Assembly (NCBI RefSeq): GCF_000025945.1
Contig: NC_006138.1
Coordinates: 2,790,001 to 2,822,000, forward strand
Direction of reading: 5' to 3'
Source: Desulfotalea psychrophila LSv54
GTDB lineage: Bacteria; Desulfobacterota; Desulfobulbia; Desulfobulbales; Desulfocapsaceae
DNA: 32,000 nucleotides
How positions within the stretch are numbered: position 1 is the stretch's first letter; the number at the start of each line of letters is the position of its first letter. Under the pieces are notes generated by a model. The model was not told the origin of the DNA. It ran no database searches and saw nothing but the letters and a program-made list of their open reading frames with translations. Positions 10,118-18,388 of this stretch are shown one piece after another. The translations under genes were made by a program, and so were the position numbers.

Positions 10118-11104
10118 CTATGCCGCAGTATAGATTTTCATCGCTTCATTTACTGTTTTTCCATCCACGGTAATGGCATAAATGGCATTGCACATCCTGA
10201 TAGCCTCTTTAAGGGCCTTTTGATGAATATTTCTGCCGGTTGCATTTCCTGAAGCTCCGCTTACATGAATTTGGTCGTAAAGCCTTTCCAGAAAGCCCTC
10301 GACATCATCGCTTGAACCTCCGGCACAAACCACCTTGGTGCGACCTGCCGCCATGACAGCCTCTTTGAATATCTCTTTTGATGCACAGTCTTCCTTCTTG
10401 GGATAATTCACCTTAACAAAATCGCTGCCCAGACATGCGGCCGCACCAGTGGCGCCCGCAATCAGATGAGGATCTTTCTCATCTGCCACTGCTTTACCAC
10501 GGGGATAGACCCATAAGACGGAGATCAACCCATGTTGATGCGCATGGGAAATAATCTGGGCGGCCTGATGCAGCATCTCGGGCTCATACTCGCTTCCCAA
10601 ATAAACCGTATAGCCCACTGCCAAGATATTTAGCCCGCTGTTTTTACGAAAGTCCACTACCTGCTGAACATCCAGCCATTGATTGCTGAAGGGGTCGGAC
10701 TGGGAGGTTTTGACAAGATTGGTTCTAGAATTCAGCTTTACCAGATAAGGGACATCCGCATAGGAACTACCATATCTGGCAATAAGGCCAAGCTGGGTCG
10801 CAAAAACACCAATATTTGCCTGACTTGCAATCCTGAAGAGATGTTCCGGATTACCGTCATCCGGGTGAATCCCTTCTCCATAAAAATCGCTATTTAAATG
10901 CTCGACTTTCTGATCGCCTGCAAATAGCATCAATCGTCCGCAATTTTGAGTTATCGCCAAATAATTGTGGATATAATTTTCTCTTTCTGCCTTTGGAACA
11001 TCCAATGGCACCAAAATATCATCTTCTTTAAGATTCATAGCTGCATTCTCCTTTTGAATTCTTTCACTCCTTTTCATCGTGGAGTACAAAGTTTCAAACA
11101 TCAA
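10118..11104 (-). CDS. Class I fructose-bisphosphate aldolase, DhnA/DeoC-like
   Basis: 328 aa; RLMLFAGDQKVEHLN, HGLISVLWVYPRGKAVADEKDPHLIAGATGAAACLGSDFVKVNYP, KVVCAGGSSDDVEGFLERLYDQIHVSGASGNATGRNIHQKALKEA. Confidence 0.85.
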   Translation of the reverse strand: MMFETLYSTMKRSERIQKENAAMNLKEDDILVPLDVPKAERENYIHNYLAITQNCGRLMLFAGDQKVEHLNSDFYGEGIHPDDGNPEHLFRIASQANIGVFATQLGLIARYGSSYADVPYLVKLNSRTNLVKTSQSDPFSNQWLDVQQVVDFRKNSGLNILAVGYTVYLGSEYEPEMLHQAAQIISHAHQHGLISVLWVYPRGKAVADEKDPHLIAGATGAAACLGSDFVKVNYPKKEDCASKEIFKEAVMAAGRTKVVCAGGSSDDVEGFLERLYDQIHVSGASGNATGRNIHQKALKEAIRMCNAIYAITVDGKTVNEAMKIYTAA

Positions 11105-11120
11105 TCTCTATCCTCGGGTC

Positions 11121-11215
11121 ATGGTAGCCCCATATTCCAGACACTTCTGCTCAAAACAGGGCATTCCTCATTGATGAATGGCTTTTCCCCACAGTTTGGG
11201 CAAATACAGTCTCCA
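11121..11215 (-). pseudogene. Zinc-ribbon-like small protein fragment
   Basis: Two minus frames together give C-I-C-P-N-C-G-E-K... then GMPCFEQKCLEYG, resembling the CPxCG...GxPCxxxxCPxCG pattern; frameshifted. Confidence 0.3.
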
Positions 11216-11377
11216 CTCCTTTGCCGATGCACAGAACATCTACTTCGGTCATGTCAAGACCAGCAATTCCCTTGATACCGTACTCCCTGAACATCTCCGG
11301 ATTGAGACACCTCCCCGGACACTCTATTTTTTAAAAAAATCCATTTTTAAACAGTTAAAATCCAGTATTTTTTTCAG

Positions 11378-12634
11378 TTAACTAATCCGGAAAAGGCTCG
11401 AAGAACTCTGGGGCACGGTAGCCTTATAGAACATCGCCGTATGGTCGGCACGGATGGTATAGGGGACGCCGAAGGGAACAAAAAAAGAACTGCCCTGTTG
11501 CAGATTCAGGCTTAACTCGCCGGAGGTGACGACCACATGGGCATCTCTATTAACATCCACAAGGATGAGAATTTCCGCGCTGTGGTCTGACCCATTTTGG
11601 TGAGGTTGCGCCTCTGTCACCTCGATACAGCGCAGCTCGAACTCGGTAACGGGTGTTTTGAATACCCACTCCCGACTGTCTGGAAGTCTTGTAGGATGAA
11701 GGATCTCAGGCTCAGATCCTGCAAAACTCACATTGTTGAGTAGTTCAGGGACGTCAACGTGTTTGGACGTTAGTCCGCCCCGAATCACGTTGTTGGAGCA
11801 GGCCATGATTTCCATACCCGCTCCCTCCAGATAGGTATGCAGCACCCCGGCCGGCAGGTACATGCCTTCACCCGGTTTGAGATGAACCAAATTCAGCAAA
11901 TAAATGGAAAAAATTCCGCGATCCCGATGGCCTTGCTTTGAATATTCCCGGTCCGCCCGAAGGATCCAAAACTGGCGGTCATCACGAATAAAGGCCTTTT
12001 TACGGTCGGCTTCCGTCAGCCGCTTGATCATGGGTTCTAAAACAGCATCCACACGATCCTGGGAAAGATTCATCAAATGCCCATAAAACGACTTGAGACC
12101 GGCGGAGGTCGGTTTGAAATCCAGCTGCAATGACCGAAACTCCGGAATATCGGTAAGAACTTGGGCGATCTGGACCAATGGCCGAAAGCCTCGTAGGCCA
12201 TAAAAATCGGTGAGAGCAACGATCAGCTCCGGTTTGTGGTTGATGTCGCGGTAGTTGCGGTGCCCGGCAGAACGCGGAATACCAGCGGCATTCTCGCGAG
12301 TAAAACCTTCACGGGCACGCGCCTTCGACGGGTGGACTTGGAGGGAAAGTGGTGCGGCAGCCGATAGAACCTTAAAGAGATAGGGCAGCTTCCCTTGAAA
12401 TTTTCGAGTGACCATCGGCCCCAGGACCTCTTCGGCCGATGTTGTGATCACCTCGTTAAGGGCTACCGATCGATCCTTTACCTCAATTTCGGATGGAAGG
12501 TCGGGGTGAGCACCCATCCAGAGCTCCGCAAATGGCCGCCCTTCCGGATTTTTAACGCCCAGAAGATTGGGAATGAAACTTTTATCTCCCCAGACATAGT
12601 GCTGAATACCAGCTTGTAACGGCATAACACCCAT
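11378..12634 (-). CDS. manA: Mannose-6-phosphate isomerase, class I
   Basis: MGVMPLQAGIQHYVWGDKSFIPNLLG..., FAELWMGAHPDLPS, PYLFKVLSAAAPLSLQVHPSKARAREGF, NHKPELIVALTDFYGLRGFRP, MYLPAGVLHTYLEGAGMEIMACSNNVIRGGLTSKHV. Start set to 12634 because the track ORF's first 50 aa derive from upstream transposase sequence and spacer. Confidence 0.93.
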   Translation of the reverse strand: MGVMPLQAGIQHYVWGDKSFIPNLLGVKNPEGRPFAELWMGAHPDLPSEIEVKDRSVALNEVITTSAEEVLGPMVTRKFQGKLPYLFKVLSAAAPLSLQVHPSKARAREGFTRENAAGIPRSAGHRNYRDINHKPELIVALTDFYGLRGFRPLVQIAQVLTDIPEFRSLQLDFKPTSAGLKSFYGHLMNLSQDRVDAVLEPMIKRLTEADRKKAFIRDDRQFWILRADREYSKQGHRDRGIFSIYLLNLVHLKPGEGMYLPAGVLHTYLEGAGMEIMACSNNVIRGGLTSKHVDVPELLNNVSFAGSEPEILHPTRLPDSREWVFKTPVTEFELRCIEVTEAQPHQNGSDHSAEILILVDVNRDAHVVVTSGELSLNLQQGSSFFVPFGVPYTIRADHTAMFYKATVPQSSSSLFRIS

Positions 12635-12689
12635 GATGGCATCAGGTTCCTGACGATTAATTGCCTTCTTGTAAAGAAGATTTAGCATC

Positions 12690-13237
12690 GTTTTACGGTA
12701 CTCCTTAAATTTCTCCATCAACTTGACATAATTCAATGTTTTTTTGGGCGATATCTGATTGCAAACAAGATCATACCTGTACAAAGCATCTCTCAGATTG
12801 GCACCGGAGTCAAAACGCGTTCGTTTTAAAATATCCGCATGGGCAATTAAAACGCTCTACCATACCATTAGTCTGATTGGTTTGATCAAACGATGTTTGA
12901 TCTGTAAGGCATTGCAGTCTTTATCAAAAATATGTTTTCCTATCGGTTTTCTTTGGCCTGTAGTATGGAACGCGAAACTTTGGGTGAAGAGAGTGCCATA
13001 CAAGGAGCAAAAGACCATCCAGTGAGAGAAGGAGTGTTTTTCGCAACTCAACTACAACTCTTTCGTACTCTTTTGGCAATGTTGTCTGAAGCTTATAAGC
13101 AGTACGAGATCTATCTTCTACGCTATCACGCTCACACCAAATGCGAACGCTTATCTCAACAATCCCAAGCTCAAGAGCAAGGGTAGGCACTGGTTTATCT
13201 AATTTTTGAATTATTGCGAATTCAAGGCCTTGTGGTC
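12690..13237 (-). mobile_element. IS481-family transposase remnant, internally deleted (right copy)
   Basis: Minus strand: KLDKPVPTLALELGIVEISVRIWCERDSVEDRSRTAYKLQTTLPKEYERVVVELRKTLLLSLDGLLLLVWHSLHPKF..., then CNALQIKHRLIKP / NQTNGMVERFN (frame change) / FDSGANLRDALYRYDLVCNQISPKKTLNYVKLMEKFKEYRKTM. The NGMVERFN motif and C-terminus are typical of IS481. Confidence 0.87.
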
Positions 13238-13349
13238 GCATTTGCCTATAGCTTATGGCACAAAAATTCCTTGTAAGAAAAAAAGAGATAAACCACTGAT
13301 AAGAGTCTAGCACTCTTTCACCGCGAATGTCTAAGAATTCCTAACAATT

Positions 13350-13560
13350 GTGTTTTTTCCGGCAGATCATGCCATGGGTGTCGACGATTTCCACAGGAAA
13401 CTGAGGACGGCTATAGGGCTTGCCGGGCGGGGATTGTCACGTTCGGTATTACTAGCGATTATCCCGAAACCGGATACGGGTGGGGGGGGGGGGACGGATA
13501 TCTCGAAAGGTGCGCTTTTAATAAGACGGTTTGTTGAAAATCCGGACGAAAATGCCACAA
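13350..13560 (+). pseudogene. Mannose-1-phosphate guanylyltransferase (manC-type) fragment
   Basis: Three frames reconstruct VFFPADHAMGVDDFHRKLRTAIGLAGRG / GIVTFGITSDYPETGYGW / RRFVENPDENATK, matching the conserved PADH..., VTFGI.P..PETGYGYI... and RFVEKPD blocks. A 12-nt poly-G tract sits at 13482-13493. Confidence 0.82.
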
Positions 13561-13654
13561 AAAAACACGTATTTCCCTGCCCGGAAGGCCTAAGGACAAT
13601 TACCGGCTATTTCCATCGACTACATCATCATAGAGAGGGGTGGTGAGCCTAGCG

Positions 13655-13781
13655 GCGGACTTCGGCTGAAGCTATCCTTACCCTGATAAGGGTCTAATAT
13701 GTTATCCGGCAAAACCATCAACGGGATTATTTGAAGGCAGTTAAATTTATCAATTACAGTAAGGCCGATGTCTGCGTAAGA
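13655..13781 (+). pseudogene. Short fragment of a GT4 gene paralogous to the 5492 gene
   Basis: agctatccttaccct...atgttatccggcaaaaccatcaacgggattatttgaaggcagttaaatttatcaattacagtaaggccgatgtctgcgtaagagaa aligns to 5629-5750 (agctatgcttaccct...gcgttatccgccagaaccatcaacgg-attatttaaaagcggttaaatttatcaattacagcgaggccgatgtttgtgtaatagaa). Confidence 0.88.
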
Positions 13782-13811
13782 GAAGACTATATCCTGTCCC
13801 TTGAGCGCTAT

Positions 13812-13853
13812 GGTGATCCGTTGCGAAAGGTTACCTTTGGGCAACGGACCACC
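13812..13853. repeat. Compound hairpin at the 3' end of the GH130 gene
   Basis: ggtgatccgttgc (13812-13824) / gcaacggaccacc (13841-13853), one mismatch, with a nested aaagg-tta-ccttt in the loop. Confidence 0.72.
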
Positions 13854-13864
13854 GAATAACATCC

Positions 13865-15334
13865 TCAACCATTTAATAATTTAGCCAAAAGATCATCCAC
13901 AGATACCGACGCAAAGCCCGAGGCAGAATCGGACATCCCGTACGGTATAATCAGCATATCGTTATGAATAATCGCTCCGCAGGAATAGACGACATTGGGC
14001 ACATACCCTTCTCTTTCCTCCGCATTTGCCATCAACAACGGCTCCCGGAGTTGACCTATAATTTGGGAGGGATCTTCCAAATCCAGCAGTACAGCCCCCA
14101 AAGAATACCTTCTCATGGGACCCACCCCATGGGTGAGCATCAGCCACCCTTTTGCGGTTTCCATGGGAGAGCCACAATTGCCCAGTTGAATAAATTCCCA
14201 GGGATATTTAGGCTCTTGTATTTTTTGAGCATCATGCCAGACATGAATGTCATCGGAAAACATAAGGTAGTTATTCACCCCATCGTGACGGGAGATCATG
14301 GCATATTGCCCCTTAATTTTTCTCGGGAAAAAGGCCAGATTTTTATTTTGGGTATACTTACCGTGGATCGGGAATACCTGAAAATGATAAAAATCTTTTG
14401 TTTTAAGGCATTTTGGTAAAATACTATATCCGTTATACGCCGTGTAGGTTGCAAAATAGGTAATACTGCCGTCATCATCCATGAATTTGACGAATCGCGC
14501 ATCTTCAATACCGTTGCGTTCATGGGCCGAGACAGGAAAAATAACGCGTTCCGAGATAGCAGTATCCAGTGAAAAACTGATTTCATAATGAGAACTGGCC
14601 AGCCAGTTTATCGAATCGATCACCATTCTTTTACTATAGCTTAGCTCTATGTTTTCGATGCTTGCGGCAATACTTTCCTGCAATTCACGATAGATGAATT
14701 TATCTCCCAGTTTATCCATAATCGATTCGATGATATTTTTGTGAATATCCATCTCGTGCAATTTTTGCAAAAATTGTTCTTTATCATATACATGGCGTTT
14801 TAAGGCTTCCGGCAAATCAACGAATTGCCCGGCCGAGGCGAAGACCAATTCATTATTTCGGGTAATGACACCGCTTCTGAATACGATGGATGAGATATGC
14901 CCCTCCCCGATCGCCCGAAAACTGACAATAACGCGTTTTTGTCCTTCTTCCAGGTTACCCTGATCGGGATCTGCGACGATGGAAGGATTAAAGAAGGCGG
15001 CCGCCTCAATCGCGTATTCCGATGTAAAGTAGGAACCAATCAGTAATTTTCTTTCTAATGACAAGGAATCCGGAGAAACATGAAAATTCGGCTCCAGAAC
15101 GTCGTACAGTCTATCGTAATTGTCCTCAAAAATTTTTGAGATATTGCGGTGCCGTTTTGAAAAATCCTTCAGTACCTGATTGAACGCCAAATCCACTTCC
15201 TGCTTAGATAAATCCAATACTCGCTTAATTATCGTGTTCGCCCTGTCTTTGTGGCCGGGCATATAAAATCTGGCAATGACCCTTGTGGGGTCTGGATAAA
15301 ATTTTTTCGGCAATCTATTTACGGTTAGTGTCAT
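13865..15334 (-). CDS. GH130-family protein with long N-terminal domain (mannosidase/phosphorylase-like)
   Basis: VNRLPKKFYPDPTRVIARFYMPG..., EDARFVKFMDDDGSITYFATYTAYNG, FQVFPIHG...KNLAFFPRKIKGQYAMISRHDGVNNYLMFSDDIHVW, LMLTHGVGPMRRYSLGAVLLDLEDPSQIIG. Internal start at 15334 preferred over the track start at 15448. Confidence 0.87.
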   Translation of the reverse strand: MTLTVNRLPKKFYPDPTRVIARFYMPGHKDRANTIIKRVLDLSKQEVDLAFNQVLKDFSKRHRNISKIFEDNYDRLYDVLEPNFHVSPDSLSLERKLLIGSYFTSEYAIEAAAFFNPSIVADPDQGNLEEGQKRVIVSFRAIGEGHISSIVFRSGVITRNNELVFASAGQFVDLPEALKRHVYDKEQFLQKLHEMDIHKNIIESIMDKLGDKFIYRELQESIAASIENIELSYSKRMVIDSINWLASSHYEISFSLDTAISERVIFPVSAHERNGIEDARFVKFMDDDGSITYFATYTAYNGYSILPKCLKTKDFYHFQVFPIHGKYTQNKNLAFFPRKIKGQYAMISRHDGVNNYLMFSDDIHVWHDAQKIQEPKYPWEFIQLGNCGSPMETAKGWLMLTHGVGPMRRYSLGAVLLDLEDPSQIIGQLREPLLMANAEEREGYVPNVVYSCGAIIHNDMLIIPYGMSDSASGFASVSVDDLLAKLLNG

Positions 15335-15814
15335 TATTACCTCTTTTGGTGATTGATTATAATCGTTCGCCATGGATTTCCACAAAACTGTATGGGCCTT
15401 TCTTATTATAAATTGGAATTTTTTGAGAATCAACAAGCAATTATCCAAAAAACAACTGGCAAAATCAGCAAGAAGGGGCTCGTCATGCTGCTGCCTCCCT
15501 CCCCATGGTTAGTACCAAAGGACATGGTAGAGGAGGTGGGCTGTCGAGTGGTAACCATAGGGGAGGAGGCAAAGACAACGACCATGCAAGCCGTACAGAT
15601 AGTTCAGAACCTTCGGATAACCAAGGTCACAAAGGCAACGGAGTCAACCTACTAAAAATTATTCTGAAAGACGGCGAACTTTTCTCTTTAAAAGATGTTC
15701 GTACAAGAAGTTGAGTTGGATCGTCTCAATATATCCAGAGCGGCGGACAAGGTTCTAGATCGTCCTCTTTAAAAGGCTCTAAGTAACCTCATTGGCCTCC
15801 CCAACATCACCCAT

Positions 15815-16262
15815 GCAGACCTTAACGCGCTGACTGAAGAAGAACTTAAAGAGCTGGAAGCTATTTCGACAAAGGGAGGAAGAACTACTCGAACCGTTTT
15901 GTACGCAAGAGCACTCCTATTGCTTGATGCTGGTGAGTACAGACCAAAATGGATTGGAGCAAATATTGCAGAAGTGCTTGGGGCGACAACTCGTGGTCTA
16001 CGAATATCTGAAAAAACGGTTTGTTGAACAGGGAATTTCAATTGCTCTTGAGCACAAGAAACGACTAAACCCACCCAGGGAAATTCAATTTGGCGGATAA
16101 GTTGAAGCTCATCTATTGATACTTAAGTACCTAAGACTCCAGAAGTAGGGAGCGGCAGTGTCTCGCAGGTCGCATTGCCTGTTGATCTGCTGAGAGACAG
16201 GATTGCTGCCTGGAGTATCGATCGAAATAATCGGCAAACAAAAGTTGACTGGCATTATCCTG
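15815..16262 (+). mobile_element. IS630-family transposase remnant with internal deletion
   Basis: 5' part: LNALTEEELKELEAISTKGGRTTRTVLYARALLLLDAGEYRPKWIGANIAEVLGATTRG... / KKRFVEQGISIALEHKKRLNPPREIQFGG. 3' part: QCLAGRIA / DLLRDRIAAWSIDRNNRQTKVDWHYPVLGTKQADN, resembling the SRQCL.RRI...L..EVA.W...RN....V.W.FTT.DAR.KL terminus. The DDE core is missing. Confidence 0.83.
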
Positions 16263-16264
16263 TA

Positions 16265-17365
16265 CTAGGCACCAAGCAGGCGGACAATGTCCTGCCTGCT
16301 CTTCTCTATATGCTCCAATACCTTGCGCGGCCCTGCCGAAAAGCCATGACGAGCCAGGGCCTGCCAGTCACAGAGACGTTGTTCCTCTCCCTGACAGCCC
16401 GCCTCCCCTCTGAGCAGATAACAGTGAAACTGGACCCGGTACTTGGTATAGGCATGCTTCACCGTCACCATGGGTTCTAGCACTCTGTTTTCCGACGGGA
16501 GTAAGCCAAGAAGACGGGTAATTCCCACCTCCACTGCCTCCTCCTCCTGAAGATCCGTATGAGGAAACTCCCACAGGCCCTGCCAGAGGGTGGGATGCCG
16601 ACTCGGCTGAATAAGCAGGCGCCCCTCAGATACCTGAAATATGGCCACCCGCCTTATATGAATAAGCTTTTGCTTAGGTAGCGGCACCGGTCTGAGCTGA
16701 ACGGTCTGCCGGGCAAAGGCCAGGCACATTTCCTGGATAGGACAGAGGGTACAACGAGGAGCCCGAGGCAAACAGACCAATCCTCCCAAATCCATAAGGG
16801 CCTGATTCCAATGACGGGCCCTACCAGAGGGCAAACAGTCGCAGGCCACCTTCTCAATGGCACGCGCCACCTGAGTCTCCCTTACCGGCCTATCAATATC
16901 GAACAGACGGGAGAAGATACGGGCAACATTTGCATCAATGGTGGGAATATCAATATTGCAGGCAACAGAACCGATAGCCGCGGCAGTGTAGGGACCAATC
17001 CCCGGCAGAGAGCGAAGCAGATCAATATCGCAGGGCAATTCTCCTGCAAATTCCTCAACTATTTTCTTGGCGGCCCTGTGCAGGTTACGGGCCCGGGCAT
17101 AATAGCCCAAGCCCTCCCACATTTTAAAGATCTCCTGCTCATCCGCCTCGGCGACCGCCTCCACCTGCGGGAAACGCTCTATCCAGCGATTAAAGTAGGA
17201 CACCCCCCGATCCATCTGGGTCTGCTGTAGCATAATCTCTGAAATCCACACATGATAGGGATCATAGGTCTGACGCCAGGGAAGGAATCGATCCTGCAAC
17301 CTAAACCAGGTAAGAAGCTGAGACTGAAATCTATCCAGATCAGCCCCAAGAGAATAGTCCGTCAT
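16265..17365 (-). CDS. mutY: A/G-specific adenine glycosylase
   Basis: 366 aa; FLPWRQTYDPYHVWISEIMLQQTQ, LRSLPGIGPYTAAAIGSVA, IPTIDANVARIFSRLFDI, NQALMDLGGLVCLPRAPRCTLCPIQEMC (Fe-S ligands). Confidence 0.97.
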   Translation of the reverse strand: MTDYSLGADLDRFQSQLLTWFRLQDRFLPWRQTYDPYHVWISEIMLQQTQMDRGVSYFNRWIERFPQVEAVAEADEQEIFKMWEGLGYYARARNLHRAAKKIVEEFAGELPCDIDLLRSLPGIGPYTAAAIGSVACNIDIPTIDANVARIFSRLFDIDRPVRETQVARAIEKVACDCLPSGRARHWNQALMDLGGLVCLPRAPRCTLCPIQEMCLAFARQTVQLRPVPLPKQKLIHIRRVAIFQVSEGRLLIQPSRHPTLWQGLWEFPHTDLQEEEAVEVGITRLLGLLPSENRVLEPMVTVKHAYTKYRVQFHCYLLRGEAGCQGEEQRLCDWQALARHGFSAGPRKVLEHIEKSRQDIVRLLGA

Positions 17366-17369
17366 AAAA

Positions 17370-17696
17370 TCAAATACCTAAATAGCGGCCCAGGGCAACA
17401 AGACCCATACCGACGATAACAGTAAGACAAAGACTTTTGGTCTTTATAGCCACAGGAAAGGCGATAAGAGAGGACCAAAAGAAGAGATTACTAAAGGAGA
17501 GGTCAATCGACTTTTCCGGACAGAGCAGGGCCGGCACCAACATGGCGGCAAGAATTGCCGGCGGCACAAGACGGAGCCAAGAGACAAAAAGAGGGGGGAG
17601 ACTTCGCCCACTGAGAAAAATAATGGGCAGGCAACGGGGAATATAGGTCACCACTGCCATACCCAAAATGGTTAAGAAGATTTCTGTTTGATCCAC
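17370..17696 (-). CDS. azlD: Branched-chain amino acid exporter small subunit, AzlD family
   Basis: 108 aa membrane protein beginning MDQTEIFLTILGMAVVTYIPRCLPIIFL, adjacent to azlC and overlapping it by 25 nt. Confidence 0.88.
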   Translation of the reverse strand: MDQTEIFLTILGMAVVTYIPRCLPIIFLSGRSLPPLFVSWLRLVPPAILAAMLVPALLCPEKSIDLSFSNLFFWSSLIAFPVAIKTKSLCLTVIVGMGLVALGRYLGI

Positions 17697-18373
17697 TGCT
17701 CAACACCCAAGCCAATAGTTGCGGAAATAACGCTTGCCACAATCACATATAATTGTTCAAGCCCCAAGAGATACAATGTTGTTGCCACAATACCGGCAAT
17801 TATAGCCGTAAGCAGGCGAATAAAATCAAGACACTGCCCCACAAGTAGACCTATAAACATGGCTGAAAGGGCATAATCAAGGCCCAGCGGTCTGATATCG
17901 TCAATCAAGCCGGCAGCAAGAATACCAAGAACACCCCCAAAGACCCAAGCAGACTGAGCCGTCACATTCAAAGAAAGGGCCTCAAGGGTACAAGTCTCAA
18001 GGGAGGCGGCCTTAGTTGAGTGCAGGGCAAAGGTCTCATCGGTCAGTTCAAAGGCAAAAAATGCCTGAGTGGACCTCTTCCAGCGGGAGAGAAAGGGGGC
18101 AAGGGAGGCGGCCATCAAGAGATGACGCAGATTAACTATAAAGGTTGTTAAAATAATGGCCGCAGGGCCAGCGCCCGCGGCAAAAAGGCCTACTGCAATA
18201 AACTGGGCTGAACCTGCAAAGAGAAGCAGGGACATGGCAAAGGTGTTCATCTCTGAAATACCACTCTTACCCGCCAGGACGCCGTAGGCAAAACCAATGG
18301 GGACATAACCAAGCACAACGGGCATGGCCCGTTGTGCTCCTGTTATGATCGCTTTATACTTCGCAGATCTCAC
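17672..18373 (-). CDS. azlC: Branched-chain amino acid exporter, AzlC family
   Basis: 233 aa; VLGYVPIGFAYGVLAGKSGISEMNTFAMSLLLFAGSAQFIAVGLFAAGA...IILTTFIVNLRHLLMAASLAPFL. Confidence 0.93.
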   Translation of the reverse strand: MRSAKYKAIITGAQRAMPVVLGYVPIGFAYGVLAGKSGISEMNTFAMSLLLFAGSAQFIAVGLFAAGAGPAAIILTTFIVNLRHLLMAASLAPFLSRWKRSTQAFFAFELTDETFALHSTKAASLETCTLEALSLNVTAQSAWVFGGVLGILAAGLIDDIRPLGLDYALSAMFIGLLVGQCLDFIRLLTAIIAGIVATTLYLLGLEQLYVIVASVISATIGLGVEQWIKQKSS

Positions 18374-18388
18374 AAATAAACCTTATGA

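Noticed and set aside
15505-15714. 69-aa Gly/Arg/Asn-rich ORF MVSTKGHGRGGGLSSGN...
   Set aside because: No recognised homology, low complexity, adjacent to an IS630 fossil; kept out of the feature list for lack of support.
16175-16480. 101-aa plus-strand ORF
   Set aside because: Its first ~35 codons are the IS630 transposase C-terminus and the rest is antisense to mutY; not an independent gene.
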